A stretch of 64,000 nucleotides of DNA from Bacteroidota bacterium (GTDB taxonomy: Bacteria; Bacteroidota; Bacteroidia; J057; JAJTIE01): positions 14,524-78,523 of the forward strand of contig JAJTIE010000018.1 of NCBI GenBank assembly GCA_021300195.1, in the 5' to 3' direction. The notes under the pieces are model-generated. The model ran no database searches. It saw only the letters and a program-made list of their open reading frames with translations, and had not been told where the DNA came from. This document shows positions 9,576-19,368 of the stretch, piece after piece; position 1 is the stretch's first letter, and the number at the start of each line of letters is the position of its first letter. The position numbers were made by a program, and so were the translations under genes.

Positions 9576-11229
9576 GCCGGATGGCGGTATACTTGAGTGG
9601 GAAGTAGAGGTTCATGGCCTGGGTGGGCATACCCTGCACCCAGGGCTGTGCCAGCCGGAAGGTCTTATAGTAGTAGAGCGGGATGAGGGGCACATCCTGC
9701 AGCATCTGTTCCTCCATCTGCCTATAGTAGCGCATGCGCAGGCTATCGGGCGCCCGCAGGGCCGCCTCATAGGCTGCATCTGCAGCGGGGCTGCGGTAGC
9801 GGGTGGTGGCACTGCCCTGCGGTGGGTGATTGGGGCTGTAGAGGAGGGAGAGAAAGTTCTCGGGATCGGCATAATCTGCCACCCAGCTGGCACGCCACAG
9901 CAGGGCCTCGCCCTTACGGATGCGCTCGCGCAGGGTGCTGCCCTCCTCCAGCGCCAGCTGCAGCCGGATGCCCAGGGCAGCCAGGTTTTTCTGCAGATAC
10001 TGGGCCACATGGGCATAGCCAGGGTTGGTGTACAGCTGCAGCACGGGCAGGCCCGTGCCACCGGGGTAGCCCGCTGCAGCCAGCAGGGCCTGCGCACGGG
10101 CAGGGTCGTAGCCCGATGCCTGTGCGGGCGGACCTGCGTAGCCCGGCATGCCCGGGGGCACCAGGCCCTGCGCGGCCGGCAGGGCTGTGCCGTGCAGCAG
10201 GTAGCGGCATAGGCCCGCACGATCTATACCCAGGCTGAGGGCCTGCCGCACCCGCACATCCTGCAGGGGGTGGCGGCTGGTGGGGTCCAGGCGGATGCCC
10301 AGGTACTCGGTGCTGAGCTGGGGGCCGGCGTAGAAGGTGAGAGGACGATACCTGGGCCGCAGCTGGCCAGTGGCAGTCAGCAGCTCGTCCTGATAGCTGG
10401 GATCCAGGGCATCGATCAGGTCTATACGCCCCTCCAGAAAGGCATTGAAGGCGCCCAGCTTGGAGGGGATGAAATGCACCGCCACAGCATCCAGGCGCGG
10501 CAGGCCGCGCTGGTAGTAGTGTGGATTGCGGTGTAGCACCAGCAGCCGCCCCTCCTCCCAGCGGTAGAACCGAAAAGGCCCGGTGCCAATGGGGTGCTGG
10601 CGAAAATCCTTTCCGTAGTGTGCCACTACCTCCTGTGGCACAATGCCCGCATAGGGCATGGAGAGCAGCTGCAGAAAGGGCGGGAAGGGCTGCTCCAGGT
10701 GTAGCACCAGGGTGCTGTCATTCACCACCGCCACGCCTGCCAGGGTATCGGCCTGGCCAGTGCGGTAGGCTGCTACGCCCCTCAGCTTGCCATTCAGGAT
10801 CCACAGGCCCGGGCTACCGGTTTCGGGCTGGCATAGGCGGTGCAGGGTGTAGGAAACATCGCGGGCCGTAAGCCTGCGGGTGCGGCTAAGCCCAAAGATT
10901 GGGTGTGGATGAAAGTACAAATCAGTGCGCAGCTCAAAACGATAGGACAGCCCGTCGGCACTACGCGCCCATCTGCGGGCTGCATCCGGCACCAGGGCGC
11001 CACTGCTATCCACCCCCACCAGGGTGCTGAATAGCTGCTGACACATCCACACATTGCTCTGGTTGCTGGCAAAAGCAGGATCCAGACTGGTAAGGCCGGC
11101 ATGCAGATTCAGCCGCAAGACCTGACGATCGGTACGCTGTGGGCTGCTGCAACCACAGAAAAACCATAGAGCAAGCAGAATCAACCGCTTGTCGAACCTA
11201 TGTGGAATTTTGGCCGAGCTTATCAACAT
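9538..11229 (-). CDS. ABC transporter substrate-binding lipoprotein (peptide/nickel, SBP family 5)
   Basis: Lipoprotein signal LLALWFFCGCSS. The length of about 560 aa and the sequence pattern (LHAGLTSLDPA..., GTGPFRF) are typical of SBP_bac_5 proteins. Confidence 0.8.
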   Translation of the reverse strand: MLISSAKIPHRFDKRLILLALWFFCGCSSPQRTDRQVLRLNLHAGLTSLDPAFASNQSNVWMCQQLFSTLVGVDSSGALVPDAARRWARSADGLSYRFELRTDLYFHPHPIFGLSRTRRLTARDVSYTLHRLCQPETGSPGLWILNGKLRGVAAYRTGQADTLAGVAVVNDSTLVLHLEQPFPPFLQLLSMPYAGIVPQEVVAHYGKDFRQHPIGTGPFRFYRWEEGRLLVLHRNPHYYQRGLPRLDAVAVHFIPSKLGAFNAFLEGRIDLIDALDPSYQDELLTATGQLRPRYRPLTFYAGPQLSTEYLGIRLDPTSRHPLQDVRVRQALSLGIDRAGLCRYLLHGTALPAAQGLVPPGMPGYAGPPAQASGYDPARAQALLAAAGYPGGTGLPVLQLYTNPGYAHVAQYLQKNLAALGIRLQLALEEGSTLRERIRKGEALLWRASWVADYADPENFLSLLYSPNHPPQGSATTRYRSPAADAAYEAALRAPDSLRMRYYRQMEEQMLQDVPLIPLYYYKTFRLAQPWVQGMPTQAMNLYFPLKYTAIRPRPVAAGAAAGR

Positions 11230-11245
11230 AAGCTGTTTTTTCGCT

Positions 11246-11253
11246 TACCTTTG
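11246..11253 (+). promoter_or_regulatory. Candidate -7 promoter box (TAccTTTG) upstream of parA
   Basis: Exact match to TAnnTTTG in the 130-nt gap before parA. It sits about 107 nt from the start codon. Confidence 0.35.
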
Positions 11254-11359
11254 CACCTGGCTGCAAGGGCTGACAAGCTAGCAAAATGCACGCAATAAGC
11301 GGGCTAATCGGCTGCACGCCAACCCAGGAAAGAAATAATGTACGTATAAGGAGCTTATA

Positions 11360-12169
11360 ATGGGCAAGGTTATCTCGATTGCAAACCAAAAAGGGGGAGT
11401 GGGTAAAACTACCACAGCCATCAACCTGTCTGCCAGCCTGGCGGTGCTGGAGTTTAAGGTATTGATGGTAGATACAGATCCACAGGCCAATGCCACCTCC
11501 GGGGTAGGCTTCGACCCACGAAACATCAAGGCCTCCATCTATGAGTGCATTACAAACGACGACGTAGACCCGCGCGGCATCATCCTGCAGACGCTCGTAA
11601 ACAATCTGAGCATCCTGCCCAGTCACATTGACCTGGTGGGGGCCGAGATTGAAATGATCAACCTGAACAACCGGGAAAAGAAGATGCGGGCCGTGATAGA
11701 CAAGGTGAAGGGCGACTACGACTTTGTGATCATAGACTGCTCACCCTCACTAGGCCTCATCACAGTGAATGCCCTGACCGCGGCAGATAGCGTGATTGTG
11801 CCCGTACAATGCGAATACTTTGCCCTGGAGGGGCTGGGCAAACTGCTGAATACCATCAAGATTGTGCAGCAGCGCCTGAACCCCGACCTGGATATAGAGG
11901 GCATCCTGCTAACCATGTACGACCAGCGCCTGCGCCTGAGCAACCAGGTGGTGGATGAGGTAAAGATGCACTTCCAGGACATCGTGTTCGAGAGCGTGAT
12001 ACAGCGCAACACCCGGCTGAGCGAGGCGCCCAGCTTTGGCGTACCCGTTATTATGCACGACGCAAACAGCAAAGGCTCGCTCAACTACCTGTCGCTCGCC
12101 GCCGAGATTCTGCGGAAAAACAACATCCCCATGCGTACCGAGCTACCCGAGGCTGTAAGCCAGCCCTGA
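11360..12169 (+). CDS. parA: Chromosome partitioning ATPase ParA/Soj
   Basis: Deviant Walker A NQKGGVGKTTT, followed by VLMVDTDPQANAT. It is followed by parB. Confidence 0.95.
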   Translation: MGKVISIANQKGGVGKTTTAINLSASLAVLEFKVLMVDTDPQANATSGVGFDPRNIKASIYECITNDDVDPRGIILQTLVNNLSILPSHIDLVGAEIEMINLNNREKKMRAVIDKVKGDYDFVIIDCSPSLGLITVNALTAADSVIVPVQCEYFALEGLGKLLNTIKIVQQRLNPDLDIEGILLTMYDQRLRLSNQVVDEVKMHFQDIVFESVIQRNTRLSEAPSFGVPVIMHDANSKGSLNYLSLAAEILRKNNIPMRTELPEAVSQP

Positions 12170-12266
12170 TGCAGGAACAAAGCGAATGACCACCCGAGAA
12201 CAAACAGCAATAGGCAGAGACTAAAAAAACGAACCGGCCAAACAGCCGGCAGAGCAACAGAAAAAA

Positions 12267-13178
12267 GTGGCGGAAAAAAAACCAACAAAACGAGTACTAG
12301 GCCGTGGGCTGGATGCACTCATCCCCCAAGCGGAGTACAATGTGGCAGGTAGCGTGGCAAACCACGGCTATGGCGAGACCGGCTCCATTCACGAAGTAGC
12401 CCTGGAGCACATAGAGACTAACCCCTACCAGCCCCGCACACACTTTGATGAAGATGCGCTGGAAGAACTGGCCGCCAGCATACGCGAGCAGGGCATTATA
12501 CAGCCCATTACCGTACGGCGTATGGGCCAGGATAGCTACCAGCTGATAAGTGGCGAGCGCCGCTACCAAGCCAGTAAGCGGGCTGGCCTGAGCCGGATAC
12601 CGGCCTACATACGCACGGCCAACGATGAGCAGATGCTAGAAATGGCCCTCATCGAAAACATCCAGCGCGAAAACCTGAACCCCATAGAAGAGGCCCTGGG
12701 CTACAAGCGCCTGATGGATGAATGCGAGCTGACCCTGGAGCAGGTGGGCATGAAGGTGGGTAAAAAGCGACCTACCATAAACAACTACCTGCGCCTGCTG
12801 AAGCTACCCCCCGAGATACAGGCCGCCCTGCGAGACAAACGCCTGAGCATGGGCCACGCACGCGCCCTGGTGTCGGTAGACAATCCGGTGTACCAGCTGG
12901 AGATCTTCCGAGAGGTGATGGATAAGGACCTGAGTGTACGCACCACCGAAGAGCGTGTACGCCAGATAGGCAGCCCCAAGGCCACAAAAGAAACCGAAGA
13001 ACCCAGCAAAACGGAACGCACTGCCTATGCCCTGCAGGCCCTGGAGGTAGAGCGCAACCTGAGCCGCAAGCTGGATGCCAAGGTGCGGATACAAACCGGC
13101 CAAGATGGGAGCGGCGAAATCAAAATCAAGTTTTACAACGGGGACGATCTGAATCGCCTCCTGGAGCTGATGGCATGA
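12267..13178 (+). CDS. parB: Chromosome partitioning protein ParB/Spo0J
   Basis: GTG start. RGLDALI is followed by the ParB box IQPITVR...YQLISGERRYQASKRAG and an HTH region. Confidence 0.95.
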   Translation: MAEKKPTKRVLGRGLDALIPQAEYNVAGSVANHGYGETGSIHEVALEHIETNPYQPRTHFDEDALEELAASIREQGIIQPITVRRMGQDSYQLISGERRYQASKRAGLSRIPAYIRTANDEQMLEMALIENIQRENLNPIEEALGYKRLMDECELTLEQVGMKVGKKRPTINNYLRLLKLPPEIQAALRDKRLSMGHARALVSVDNPVYQLEIFREVMDKDLSVRTTEERVRQIGSPKATKETEEPSKTERTAYALQALEVERNLSRKLDAKVRIQTGQDGSGEIKIKFYNGDDLNRLLELMA

Positions 13179-13849
13179 GTGGCCAATGCACAGCAGCAAG
13201 CAGGGCTACCCCCCGGAGGCTGCCACTGGCGGCTGCCTGCATACTGCTGGGCCTGCTGCTGATGCCCGGCACGGGCTGGGCGCAGGCCGACACCACCGGT
13301 GCAAGAACAGACCGGCCACGGAGCAAGGATGCCTACCTGCCCGACAGCCAGGCTACAAACCCGGCAGACGCACTCCCACAGGCCGACACGACCGGCCAAG
13401 GGAACAAACACAAAAAGCGCGCCTACAGCCTGGAATGGCCCAGGCCCAACCGGGCAGCTCTGTACAGCCTCATCCTGCCGGGCCTGGGCCAGCTCTACAA
13501 CCGCGACTACTGGAAACTACCCATCATCTGGGGGGCAGCAGCAGCTGGGGCCTATGCCATTGCTTTTAACCACAATCAGTTTATCCGCTACCGCGCCCTG
13601 GCGGAAGACCAGCAGGACGCACTGCGGGTACAGTACCGCGAGCAGCGAGACTTCTTCCGGCGAAACCGGGATCTGAGCATCCTGCTGACTGGCCTCGGCT
13701 ATGCGCTCGTGGCCGTAGAGGCATACGTGGATGCCCACATGTACTACTTCGATGTGTCAGACGACCTGAGCCTGGCCGTGTACCCAAGCATTCTGCCTAG
13801 CGCACGCATGCCCGTGCCGGGGCTGGGACTATCCCTAAACCTGAGGTAG
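13175..13849 (+). CDS. DUF5683-like membrane protein
   Basis: Signal/TM segment, then the motif LPGLGQLYNRDYWKLPIIW typical of DUF5683. The start overlaps the parB stop (ATGA). Confidence 0.6.
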   Translation: MSGQCTAASRATPRRLPLAAACILLGLLLMPGTGWAQADTTGARTDRPRSKDAYLPDSQATNPADALPQADTTGQGNKHKKRAYSLEWPRPNRAALYSLILPGLGQLYNRDYWKLPIIWGAAAAGAYAIAFNHNQFIRYRALAEDQQDALRVQYREQRDFFRRNRDLSILLTGLGYALVAVEAYVDAHMYYFDVSDDLSLAVYPSILPSARMPVPGLGLSLNLR

Positions 13850-13854
13850 GAGAT

Positions 13855-14139
13855 TTACTCGGGCCGCTGGTCGCCACCGCATTCCTTCAGGGTAGCGGCA
13901 TAGCCCTCGTTGAACTGCATAAGCGCGTCTTTGTCTTCCTTGAAAGGGGTGGCCTTTTCTTGAAAGAACGGAGCGGCATCCTGCCGGCACTGCTCATATA
14001 CCTGGGGGGTTATCTGCTTATACTGCTGCATACAGCCGCAGCGCTGCCGGGCTGCGGCCACCCCTTCTCTATAAGCATCGGGGCCACAGCCCACCAGGGC
14101 CGGGATGGCTAGTGCTAGCACAGCAAGGATCTGCTTCAT
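13855..14139 (-). CDS. Hypothetical lipoprotein
   Basis: The internal Met gives MKQILAVLALAIPALVGCGPD, a signal peptide plus lipobox. The N-terminal 33 codons of the track ORF are Pro-rich and look like junk. Confidence 0.5.
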   Translation of the reverse strand: MKQILAVLALAIPALVGCGPDAYREGVAAARQRCGCMQQYKQITPQVYEQCRQDAAPFFQEKATPFKEDKDALMQFNEGYAATLKECGGDQRPE

Positions 14140-14149
14140 TCCTGCGGGG

Positions 14150-14530
14150 CTAAAAGGGTAAGTCGGATTCTTCTTCCTGATGGGCCAGATCGGCAAAATG
14201 GGCCGGATCGGCCGGGGGGGGCATTGTGGAGCGGCCACCAGCCATGGCGGCCTCTACCCGCCAGGCCTCCAGTGTGGTGAAATAAACCTTTTCTCCCTTG
14301 GGGTTTGTCCACTCGCGCCCGCGCAGGTTGAAGTGCACCTGCACGGTATCACCCGGCTGAAAAGCGTCCAGCTGATCGCAGCGCTCTTGTATGGTCTCAA
14401 ACTTGATGAGCTGGGGGTACTGAGGATTTTCGGCATAGCTCACCACCAGCTCTCGCTTGCGGAAGCTGGCGCTCACCTGCTGGGTAGGCATTAGGGCGTG
14501 TATCTGGCCCTGGATAGAGAAGGAAGACAT
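14150..14530 (-). CDS. DUF3127-like (OB-fold-like) protein
   Basis: The real gene is the C-terminal 126 aa of the 256-aa track ORF: MSSFSIQGQIHALMPTQQVSASFRKRELVV...KFETIQERCDQLD. A TAccTTTG box lies 4 nt upstream of this ATG. The upstream part of the ORF is Arg/Pro/Ala shadow sequence. Confidence 0.65.
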   Translation of the reverse strand: MSSFSIQGQIHALMPTQQVSASFRKRELVVSYAENPQYPQLIKFETIQERCDQLDAFQPGDTVQVHFNLRGREWTNPKGEKVYFTTLEAWRVEAAMAGGRSTMPPPADPAHFADLAHQEEESDLPF

Positions 14531-14534
14531 GGCG

Positions 14535-14542
14535 CAAAGGTA
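14535..14542 (-). promoter_or_regulatory. Bacteroidota-type -7 promoter box (TAccTTTG)
   Basis: Reverse complement of caaaggta. It lies 4 nt upstream of the ATG at 14530. Confidence 0.45.
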
Positions 14543-14589
14543 GGGCTTATGCCACACAGATGCCACGCACCCAAGTAGAATCCCGTGCG

Positions 14590-14874
14590 CTAGGCAATAA
14601 CCAGAAAGTCGCCCTCGGTATCTGCCAGGGGGGGCACTTCTGTTTGCTGTAGCTGCTGCACAAGCGCCTGGGGTGGGCCCTGGGCTAGCCAGTGTGCAAA
14701 CTGCCGGAGGGCTGGCGCTGGGCCCTCTGCCTCGGCCAGCACGCTGCCGTCTGGCTCGTTGCGCACCCAGCCTGTCAGGCCCAGCTCTCGGGCTACGGCC
14801 TGTGCACTGGCGCGGAAGTAAACCCGCTGGACGCGGCCCACTACGCGATAGCGGAATCGCTGCACAGGCTGCAT
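14590..14874 (-). CDS. acyP: Acylphosphatase
   Basis: The internal Met gives a 94-aa protein, [38 protein letters not shown], which carries the acylphosphatase signatures. Its start overlaps the upstream gene's stop in TGATG. Confidence 0.85.
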   Translation of the reverse strand: MQPVQRFRYRVVGRVQRVYFRASAQAVARELGLTGWVRNEPDGSVLAEAEGPAPALRQFAHWLAQGPPQALVQQLQQTEVPPLADTEGDFLVIA

Positions 14875-15560
14875 CAAGGTACTGGGGTTGGGATGGGCTC
14901 GCCGGTGGTAGCTGCCACAATAAGATCGGGCACGGGCTGGTCTATGTGCACCAGATAGCTGCGCTCTATTTCCTGCCGCCTTAGGCCGCCTGGTAGCTGC
15001 CGCGGAAAAACCGCGCCTGGGGTTGGACTTGGCTGTACCCACAGTTGCCGCTTGAAGGAGAGATCCGGCCAGTCTGTATTTAGTACCTTGTACAGGCACT
15101 CCTTGGCACACCATACCTCCAGAAAGGTAGCCGGAGATCGGTCTGACTCGTAGTGCCTCAGCTCCTCCTCGTTCATAAACACACGGGCCGTGTTCCAGTT
15201 ACGCGGCACCAGGGTCTGCTCCAGGTCCAGCCCCACCGCAGTCTGGCCCAGGAGCACCCCTACATAGCCCTGGCAATGGCTAATGGATACGGCCAGGTCT
15301 GTATCCGCAAAAAAGGGGGCACCACGGGGGGTGCTATGGAGCACCAGGGCGGGATCCACCATGCGGTAAAGCAGAAAGCGCGACGCAGCATACTCATACT
15401 GCCTGCGCGGGTGCCAGCCTGGGTCAAACTGTGCACGCACCTGTGCCGGGCACTGATCCAGAAAGAAATCGAGTGGCTCGGTTGTATGCCAAAGCTTAAT
15501 ATCGAGCGGAATACGATGGGCCAACTCTGCCATATACCGGCTATACGCCCCTTTGCGCAT
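14874..15560 (-). CDS. 4'-phosphopantetheinyl transferase (Sfp-type) family protein
   Basis: Pattern ...[13 protein letters not shown]...GLDLE...WCAKECLYK... matches the conserved PPTase motifs. Confidence 0.7.
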   Translation of the reverse strand: MRKGAYSRYMAELAHRIPLDIKLWHTTEPLDFFLDQCPAQVRAQFDPGWHPRRQYEYAASRFLLYRMVDPALVLHSTPRGAPFFADTDLAVSISHCQGYVGVLLGQTAVGLDLEQTLVPRNWNTARVFMNEEELRHYESDRSPATFLEVWCAKECLYKVLNTDWPDLSFKRQLWVQPSPTPGAVFPRQLPGGLRRQEIERSYLVHIDQPVPDLIVAATTGEPIPTPVP

Positions 15561-15568
15561 TTGGGTTC

Positions 15569-16216
15569 CTAATCCCGGGCAATAAAGGGATACAAAATAT
15601 AGCTTAGCAGGCCGAAACCCAAGGCCATGGCGGCCAGTGCCTGTAGGTCTCGACCATAGGGTAGTGCCACAAACAGCTTCTGCAGGGCACCTATACCAGT
15701 TAGCAGGATAGGTAGCTGAACCGGCAGGCTCAGGATAGCCATCAGCATACTCTTCTGGCTACCTGCGCTGGCCAGGGCGGCATTCAGCGTAAGGGCGGCG
15801 GCGTATGCCAGGGCCGTAAGCCCAGCCAGGGCCCACACGGCTGCTGGCACGCCCCCCTGGCGCGGCACAAATAGCAGAAATGCCAGGGTTAGCAACAGCT
15901 GAAGGAGCAGCATAAGCAGCGCATTGTATAGCAGGCGGGCCAGCATCTGCTGGGCGGGCCGGGCCAGCTGGTGCCGGTAGTAGGCTATGCCTGCCGGTTC
16001 GGCCAAAAAACTCTTGCCCACAGCAGTAATGGCCACAAAGGCCTGGGCGATCATGTAAAGTACGGCCCAAGTATTAGCCGGCAGGGGCTGGTGGTAGGCC
16101 AGCCCAATGGTAAAGGCAAGGAGCAGCCCATAGAAAAGCAGGCTGTACACAGCCGTAGGGCTCCGGCGCTCCAGCATCCACTCTAGCCGGATAAGAAGAT
16201 GCAGGGTACGCAGCAT
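15569..16216 (-). CDS. Polytopic membrane protein, CcmB-like (heme exporter B / ABC-2-like permease)
   Basis: 215 aa with about 6 TM helices. Size and hydrophobicity pattern resemble CcmB. The call rests on a memory-level resemblance only. Confidence 0.45.
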   Translation of the reverse strand: MLRTLHLLIRLEWMLERRSPTAVYSLLFYGLLLAFTIGLAYHQPLPANTWAVLYMIAQAFVAITAVGKSFLAEPAGIAYYRHQLARPAQQMLARLLYNALLMLLLQLLLTLAFLLFVPRQGGVPAAVWALAGLTALAYAAALTLNAALASAGSQKSMLMAILSLPVQLPILLTGIGALQKLFVALPYGRDLQALAAMALGFGLLSYILYPFIARD

Positions 16217-18501
16217 CAGGGTGCTTTGGCCGGTTCCTTCTCGTCTTCAAACACGTCGCCCATGCGGCTACCACCCTCCTCCTCAAAGAAACGAACCTGG
16301 CTGTCGGGGTCCACTGTTTGGGTACAGTTTGGGTCTGTTTCCAGCCCCTTCGGGCGCAGAAAGGGGCGTTTTTCATAGGCCAGCACTTTATCCTCATAGG
16401 TGGCCTTCAGAAAAGTAGCTACCTCGGGCATAGCCAGCTGCCCACCCTGGCCGTATACACTCCAGGTGGGGTAGTGTATGGCCTGGTCTGCATTGCCCAC
16501 CCAGGCACCCACTGCCAGGTCGGGCGTGATGCACATAAACCAGGCATCGGTATTATTGTTGGTCGTACCGGTTTTGCCCGCCACGTCCAGCTCGTAGGGT
16601 ACTTTGTACTGGGGTTTCATGTTTCCGGCTGTGCCATAGTCCACTACTGCACGCAGGGCTTCTACCACCTGGTAGGCCACTTCGGGTTTCAGGGCTTCGG
16701 CCGTTTCGGGCACGAAGCGCTTCAGCACATTGCCAAACTTATCTTCTATCCGGGTAATGTACACCGGCGCTACCCACACGCCCTGGTTGGCAATGGTGGC
16801 ATAGGCATTTACCAGCTCCATAATATTCAGCTCGAAGGTGCCGAGGGCGAGCGAAGGCACAGCTTGTATTTCAGATTGTATGCCCATCTTCTGGGCATAG
16901 CGCACCACCTCGCCGGGGCTCACCTTCTCGGTGATGAGGCGTGCGGTAACGGTGTTTACGGAGTAGGCCAGGGCCTTGCGCAGGGCGAGCTTGCCGCGGG
17001 GGTACTTGCCGTCGGCATTCTTGGGCCGCCACACTTTTCCGGTGTTGGGGTCTACCCACTCTAGCGGCCCGCCGTCTACACGTGTGCAGGGTGTGTAGCC
17101 GTTGTCGAAGGCGGCGGTGTATACAAAGGGCTTGAAGGTAGAGCCTACCTGTCGCTTGGTTTGCGCAATGTGGTCTACCTTGAAGTATTCGGCATCCAGG
17201 CCGCCCACCCAGGCTTTTACATGGCCGTTTTCTGGGTTAATGGCCAGCATGCCCGTTTCCAGAAACTGCTTGTAGTAGCGGATGCTGTCCATCGGCGTCC
17301 ATTCCACATCCATGTACCCTTTTTCATTGTAGGCAAACACGCGCATAGGCCGTTTTTCAGCAAAGCTGGCCATAATCTGATCGTGACCCAGGCCGCTTGT
17401 TTTCAGCACATTGTAGCGTGCACTCTGCAGCACGGCCCGGCGTATGATTTCCGGGTCCTTTTTCCACTGCTCTTGTCCTTTCATCAGCTTGTTAAAGCGC
17501 TCCTGCTCTGCGCGCATGTGGGCGCGCATGGCCGCCTCGGCATGGGCCTGCAGGCGGGTATCCAGGGTGGTGTATACCCGCAGTCCATCGGTGTACATGT
17601 TGGGGCATCGCTTTCGGCCATTGTGGTTAATGGTTACCTCGCATTTTTCGCACCAGGTCTTCAGCTCCTTGCGGATAAACTCCCGGAAATAGGGAGCCAG
17701 GCCGCTATTGTGGGCCCAGCGCACATTTTTCTTCACGCCCAGGGGCTTGGCCATTAGGCGCTCGGCTTCTTCGTCGGTCAGGTTGTCCTGGTTTCGCATC
17801 AGGGCCAGCACGGTGTTTCTGCGCTCCTTGGCCCGCTCGGGGTGGCGCAGGGGGTCGTAGGCCGTGGGCCCCTTCAGCATACCCACCAGCAGGGCACTCT
17901 CCTCGGGTTTCAGCTCTGTACAGCTTTTGGCAAAGTAGGCATTGGAGGCACTCTGGATACCATACAGCACACTGCCAAAAGGCACCGTGTTCAGGTAGTG
18001 CAGGATGATTTCATCCTTTGTGTAGCGCCGCTCCAGGTAGGCAGCTACAATCATCTCCTTGATCTTGCGCGCCATGCTACGGTCCAGGCCCACCTGTTCG
18101 TTGTACAGGTTTCGGGCCAGCTGCATGGTGATGGTGCTACCCCCCTGCCTGCCCCCGCTCAGCTGAACGCCAAAGGCTCTTAGCAGGCCGATGAAATCGA
18201 TGCCACTGTGGCTGTAGAAGCGCAGGTCCTCGGTGGCTACCAGTGCCTCGCGCAGGTGGCCCGGCAGCTGGCTGAGCCGAGCATATACGCGATTTTCGTG
18301 GCGGTAGTATGAGCCGATCATCTTCCCGTCGGCAGCGTAAACCTGGGTAGCCAGGTTGGTATCCGGGTTTTCCAGATCCTCCAGGCCTGGCATCTCATCC
18401 AGCACACTGGCGATAAAGAGGCTGACCAACAGAAAAGCCAAGCCAAATGCCGAAAGTAGCACGATGCGATAAAGACGGAAAGACCGATTGAAAAGGGTCA
18501 T
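16216..18501 (-). CDS. mrcA: Penicillin-binding protein 1A (bifunctional glycosyltransferase/transpeptidase)
   Basis: GT51 motifs EDLRFYSHSGID and GGSTITMQLARN are present, with transpeptidase motifs STFKP and KTGTT. The internal start MTLFNRSFRLYRIVLL (ATG at 18501) sits just before the TM anchor. The track ORF extends to 18636. Confidence 0.9.
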   Translation of the reverse strand: MTLFNRSFRLYRIVLLSAFGLAFLLVSLFIASVLDEMPGLEDLENPDTNLATQVYAADGKMIGSYYRHENRVYARLSQLPGHLREALVATEDLRFYSHSGIDFIGLLRAFGVQLSGGRQGGSTITMQLARNLYNEQVGLDRSMARKIKEMIVAAYLERRYTKDEIILHYLNTVPFGSVLYGIQSASNAYFAKSCTELKPEESALLVGMLKGPTAYDPLRHPERAKERRNTVLALMRNQDNLTDEEAERLMAKPLGVKKNVRWAHNSGLAPYFREFIRKELKTWCEKCEVTINHNGRKRCPNMYTDGLRVYTTLDTRLQAHAEAAMRAHMRAEQERFNKLMKGQEQWKKDPEIIRRAVLQSARYNVLKTSGLGHDQIMASFAEKRPMRVFAYNEKGYMDVEWTPMDSIRYYKQFLETGMLAINPENGHVKAWVGGLDAEYFKVDHIAQTKRQVGSTFKPFVYTAAFDNGYTPCTRVDGGPLEWVDPNTGKVWRPKNADGKYPRGKLALRKALAYSVNTVTARLITEKVSPGEVVRYAQKMGIQSEIQAVPSLALGTFELNIMELVNAYATIANQGVWVAPVYITRIEDKFGNVLKRFVPETAEALKPEVAYQVVEALRAVVDYGTAGNMKPQYKVPYELDVAGKTGTTNNNTDAWFMCITPDLAVGAWVGNADQAIHYPTWSVYGQGGQLAMPEVATFLKATYEDKVLAYEKRPFLRPKGLETDPNCTQTVDPDSQVRFFEEEGGSRMGDVFEDEKEPAKAP

Positions 18502-18786
18502 GTCGTTTACGTTCAGGGGGTAGTTTAGTTTATTGGGGCTGGCCTGCCACAGGCTAGCAGCTACAAAACTACGAAAGCCCGCTATGCAAAAGCGAAGGCC
18601 TTGGGATACGGACGGGCGAAAACTGAATACGGTCATCTGAAGCCGTACAGCCAGGGCCGAACCTATCTTTTTTTTGTATATATGCTACCTTGGTTCCAAG
18701 CGTGGCCAGGTATTTCACCCAAGCGTATCAGGCTGGCCTGGAAGAACGAACCGAGAACCGGATAGACACTTGTTTTTTTCTACTTA

Positions 18787-19311
18787 ATGAAGATATTCCT
18801 CTGGGGCATGATGGGCAGCGGGAAGAGCACGCTGGGTTTATTGCTGGCGCGTGCGCTAAACCTGCCCTTTGTAGACCTGGATGCAGAGATAGAGCAAGAA
18901 ACAGGGCAAACCATAGCGGAGATCTTTGATGCTGAGGGCCAGGAGGGTTTTCGCAGGATAGAGCAGGCGCAGCTGAGGCGGGTACTAGGGCTGCAGGGCC
19001 AGGGGGTGATCAGCTGTGGAGGGGGTACACCCTGCTACTATAGCAACGCGGCAGAGATGTTGGCAGCCGGTACGGTGATCTACCTACAGGCGAACGAAGA
19101 GCTATTGGCCGAAAGACTTAAGGATGACGCCGGCAAACGCCCGCTGCTGCGCGAACAGACCCCACAAAGCCTGCTAAGCTACCTGGCGCATACGCTACAC
19201 AAGCGGGCACCGTACTACAAAAAGGCGCACGTGATTGTGCCCGTAGCGGGCAAGTCGGCAGCGGAGGTAGTAGCGCACATAGTGCAAAACCTGCCGGGGC
19301 GTGCTGTGTAA
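18787..19311 (+). CDS. aroK: Shikimate kinase
   Basis: Walker A GMMGSGKST, followed by FVDLD and GGG. The size of about 170 aa fits. Confidence 0.9.
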   Translation: MKIFLWGMMGSGKSTLGLLLARALNLPFVDLDAEIEQETGQTIAEIFDAEGQEGFRRIEQAQLRRVLGLQGQGVISCGGGTPCYYSNAAEMLAAGTVIYLQANEELLAERLKDDAGKRPLLREQTPQSLLSYLAHTLHKRAPYYKKAHVIVPVAGKSAAEVVAHIVQNLPGRAV

Positions 19312-19368
19312 AACTATTTCGACGAAAAAACACCCCGCCCACCCACAAAGCACCCTAACTTTAGTGCC

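Noticed and set aside
14150-15114. Track ORFs 14150-14920 (256 aa) and 14590-15114 (174 aa) as full-length overlapping genes
   Set aside because: Only their C-terminal parts match known folds (DUF3127-like and acylphosphatase). The N-terminal extensions are Arg/Pro/Ala-rich and overlap the neighbouring genes. An exact -7 box sits 4 nt before the internal DUF3127 ATG.
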